A stretch of DNA of 64,000 nucleotides from Octopus vulgaris (taxonomy: Eukaryota), in the NCBI GenBank assembly GCA_951406725.2, contig OX597831.1, forward strand, positions 52,018,001 to 52,082,000, written 5' to 3'. Position 1 is the stretch's first letter; each line of letters begins with the position of its first letter. A program made the position numbers and the translations under genes. The notes under the pieces were generated by a model. It was not told the DNA's origin, did not search any database, and saw only the letters and a list, made by a program, of their open reading frames with translations. Positions 62,618 through 64,000 of this stretch are shown in pieces.

Positions 62618-64000
62618 ATTATTAAGGTGATGAATTAGCAGAAGTGTTAGTAAATCAGACAGTATGCTTAGCAGCATTTCTTTCAACCATTTATGTTCTG
62701 AGTTCCAATTCTACTGAGGTCAGCTTTGCCTTTAATTCTTTCAGTTTTGATAAAATAAAATACCAATTAAGCATTGGTGTTGATTTAATTGATTAAACCT
62801 TTACCCAAATAAAGTAGCTGTTGTACACTGGAGTTGACTTACTTGACCGCTACTTTCCAAAAATGTGTGGTGTAATGATTTTAGCCAATCCACTGGTGAT
62901 GTTGTCTATCTATACTTTGTTGCAATGTCTTATTACAATTTTTCTTTTTATATACTTGTGTGCTTATCTTGAACCTTCTACTACAGCCTCAGGTGGGCTA
63001 AAACCTTGTGAGCAGAAATTTTATGTATATGTGTGTGTGTACCTCTTATCTTGATATTGTGTGATTGTTGGAAATGAGTATCATCATCATACAAGCAGTT
63101 TCATTCGTTTCCAATCTTCCATGAAAGTATATCTGGCTATGGGAAAATATATTACCTTGTTTGGAAACAGGTGCAGGTTGGTGACAGGAAGGTCATCCAA
63201 CCATAGAAAATTTGCTTCAACAAATTCTGTCTAATTCATGCAAGTGAGCATTAAATGATGATATCTATGTATAGTGTTGGGCAGAATACTTAGTGATATT
63301 TAGTTAGTCCTTTATATTTCAAGTTCAAATGCCACTGATGTTAACTTTGCAAAGTACTGGGGTTGATTTAATCGACTAACTCCTTCCTCTAGCTTTCTGG
63401 CCTTGTCCTTTTGCTAGGTTAAAAAATGTATTTCTTTGATATTAAATGAATAGAATAATTATTTTTTATCAGCCCTAATAATTATCTATGCTATTTGATA
63501 CTTTTTACTCCTAAGTCACTCCATATTGAGTAAACCTTTTATCAAAGATATTCCAATCATGGCCATCCTACCATTTTGTATATCTAAGACCATCTTGTCC
63601 TATGTGTCCTTTCTTTGTTAAAGTAGGGTATGTGTGTGATTTGAGAGAGGAATTTGACTGCTATTTTTAGCAGGTTAAGCAACCATGTAAATGCTAGATA
63701 TCAAGGTTGTAGGTTCCAAGTACAACTGTTCCAAGCCACATCTTTGTAATTATTTTAGTAAATAAACCAATATATTTTCTATCTCCTGTCTTACGTCTTC
63801 CTTGATTCAGTTATAATATAGTACTCTTCCTCCAAATATAATAAACAATCTGCTGTTGAAATACCATCTTTATTTCCTCCACATGGAATGCTACAAATAG
63901 CAGACCAAAGTTCCCTTTTTATAAAATTTTCATCTTTTAGTCAGGGAAGCAGTGCTCATGAAACTTTACAAGGTCTCTGAGACTAGTGAGAGGAGAGGGG

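Overview
AT-rich, repeat-dense animal genomic DNA. The SINE/LINE repertoire and microsatellite load suggest an octopus (coleoid cephalopod); this is inference, not a database result. The main feature is the 5' part of a + strand VWA8 gene (von Willebrand factor A domain-containing 8, a mitochondrial AAA+ ATPase). I assembled 26 GT-AG exons from a probable ATG at 13725 to 60347 (3077 coding nt, every junction phase-compatible), covering three AAA modules; the gene continues past the window. The rest is mobile DNA: a decayed mariner, a Penelope-like element (RT plus GIY-YIG), an R4/Dong-like LINE remnant, CR1 3' fragments, a young 5'-truncated RTE LINE with a PHD-type zinc finger inside its RT region, a Tc1/mariner element, several tRNA-derived SINE families (some with perfect TSDs), MITEs and fold-back palindromes, Helentron-type HINEs and solo-LTR-like units. 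The best leads are a 5S rRNA head joined to the common SINE tail (candidate SINE3-type family), the PHD-in-RT LINE and the short elements sharing its tail, a degenerate minimal hammerhead motif near the Penelope element, long dsRNA-forming hairpins beside VWA8 exons, and a donor-readthrough stop that would give a short VWA-less isoform. I found no convincing wholly new multi-gene system.
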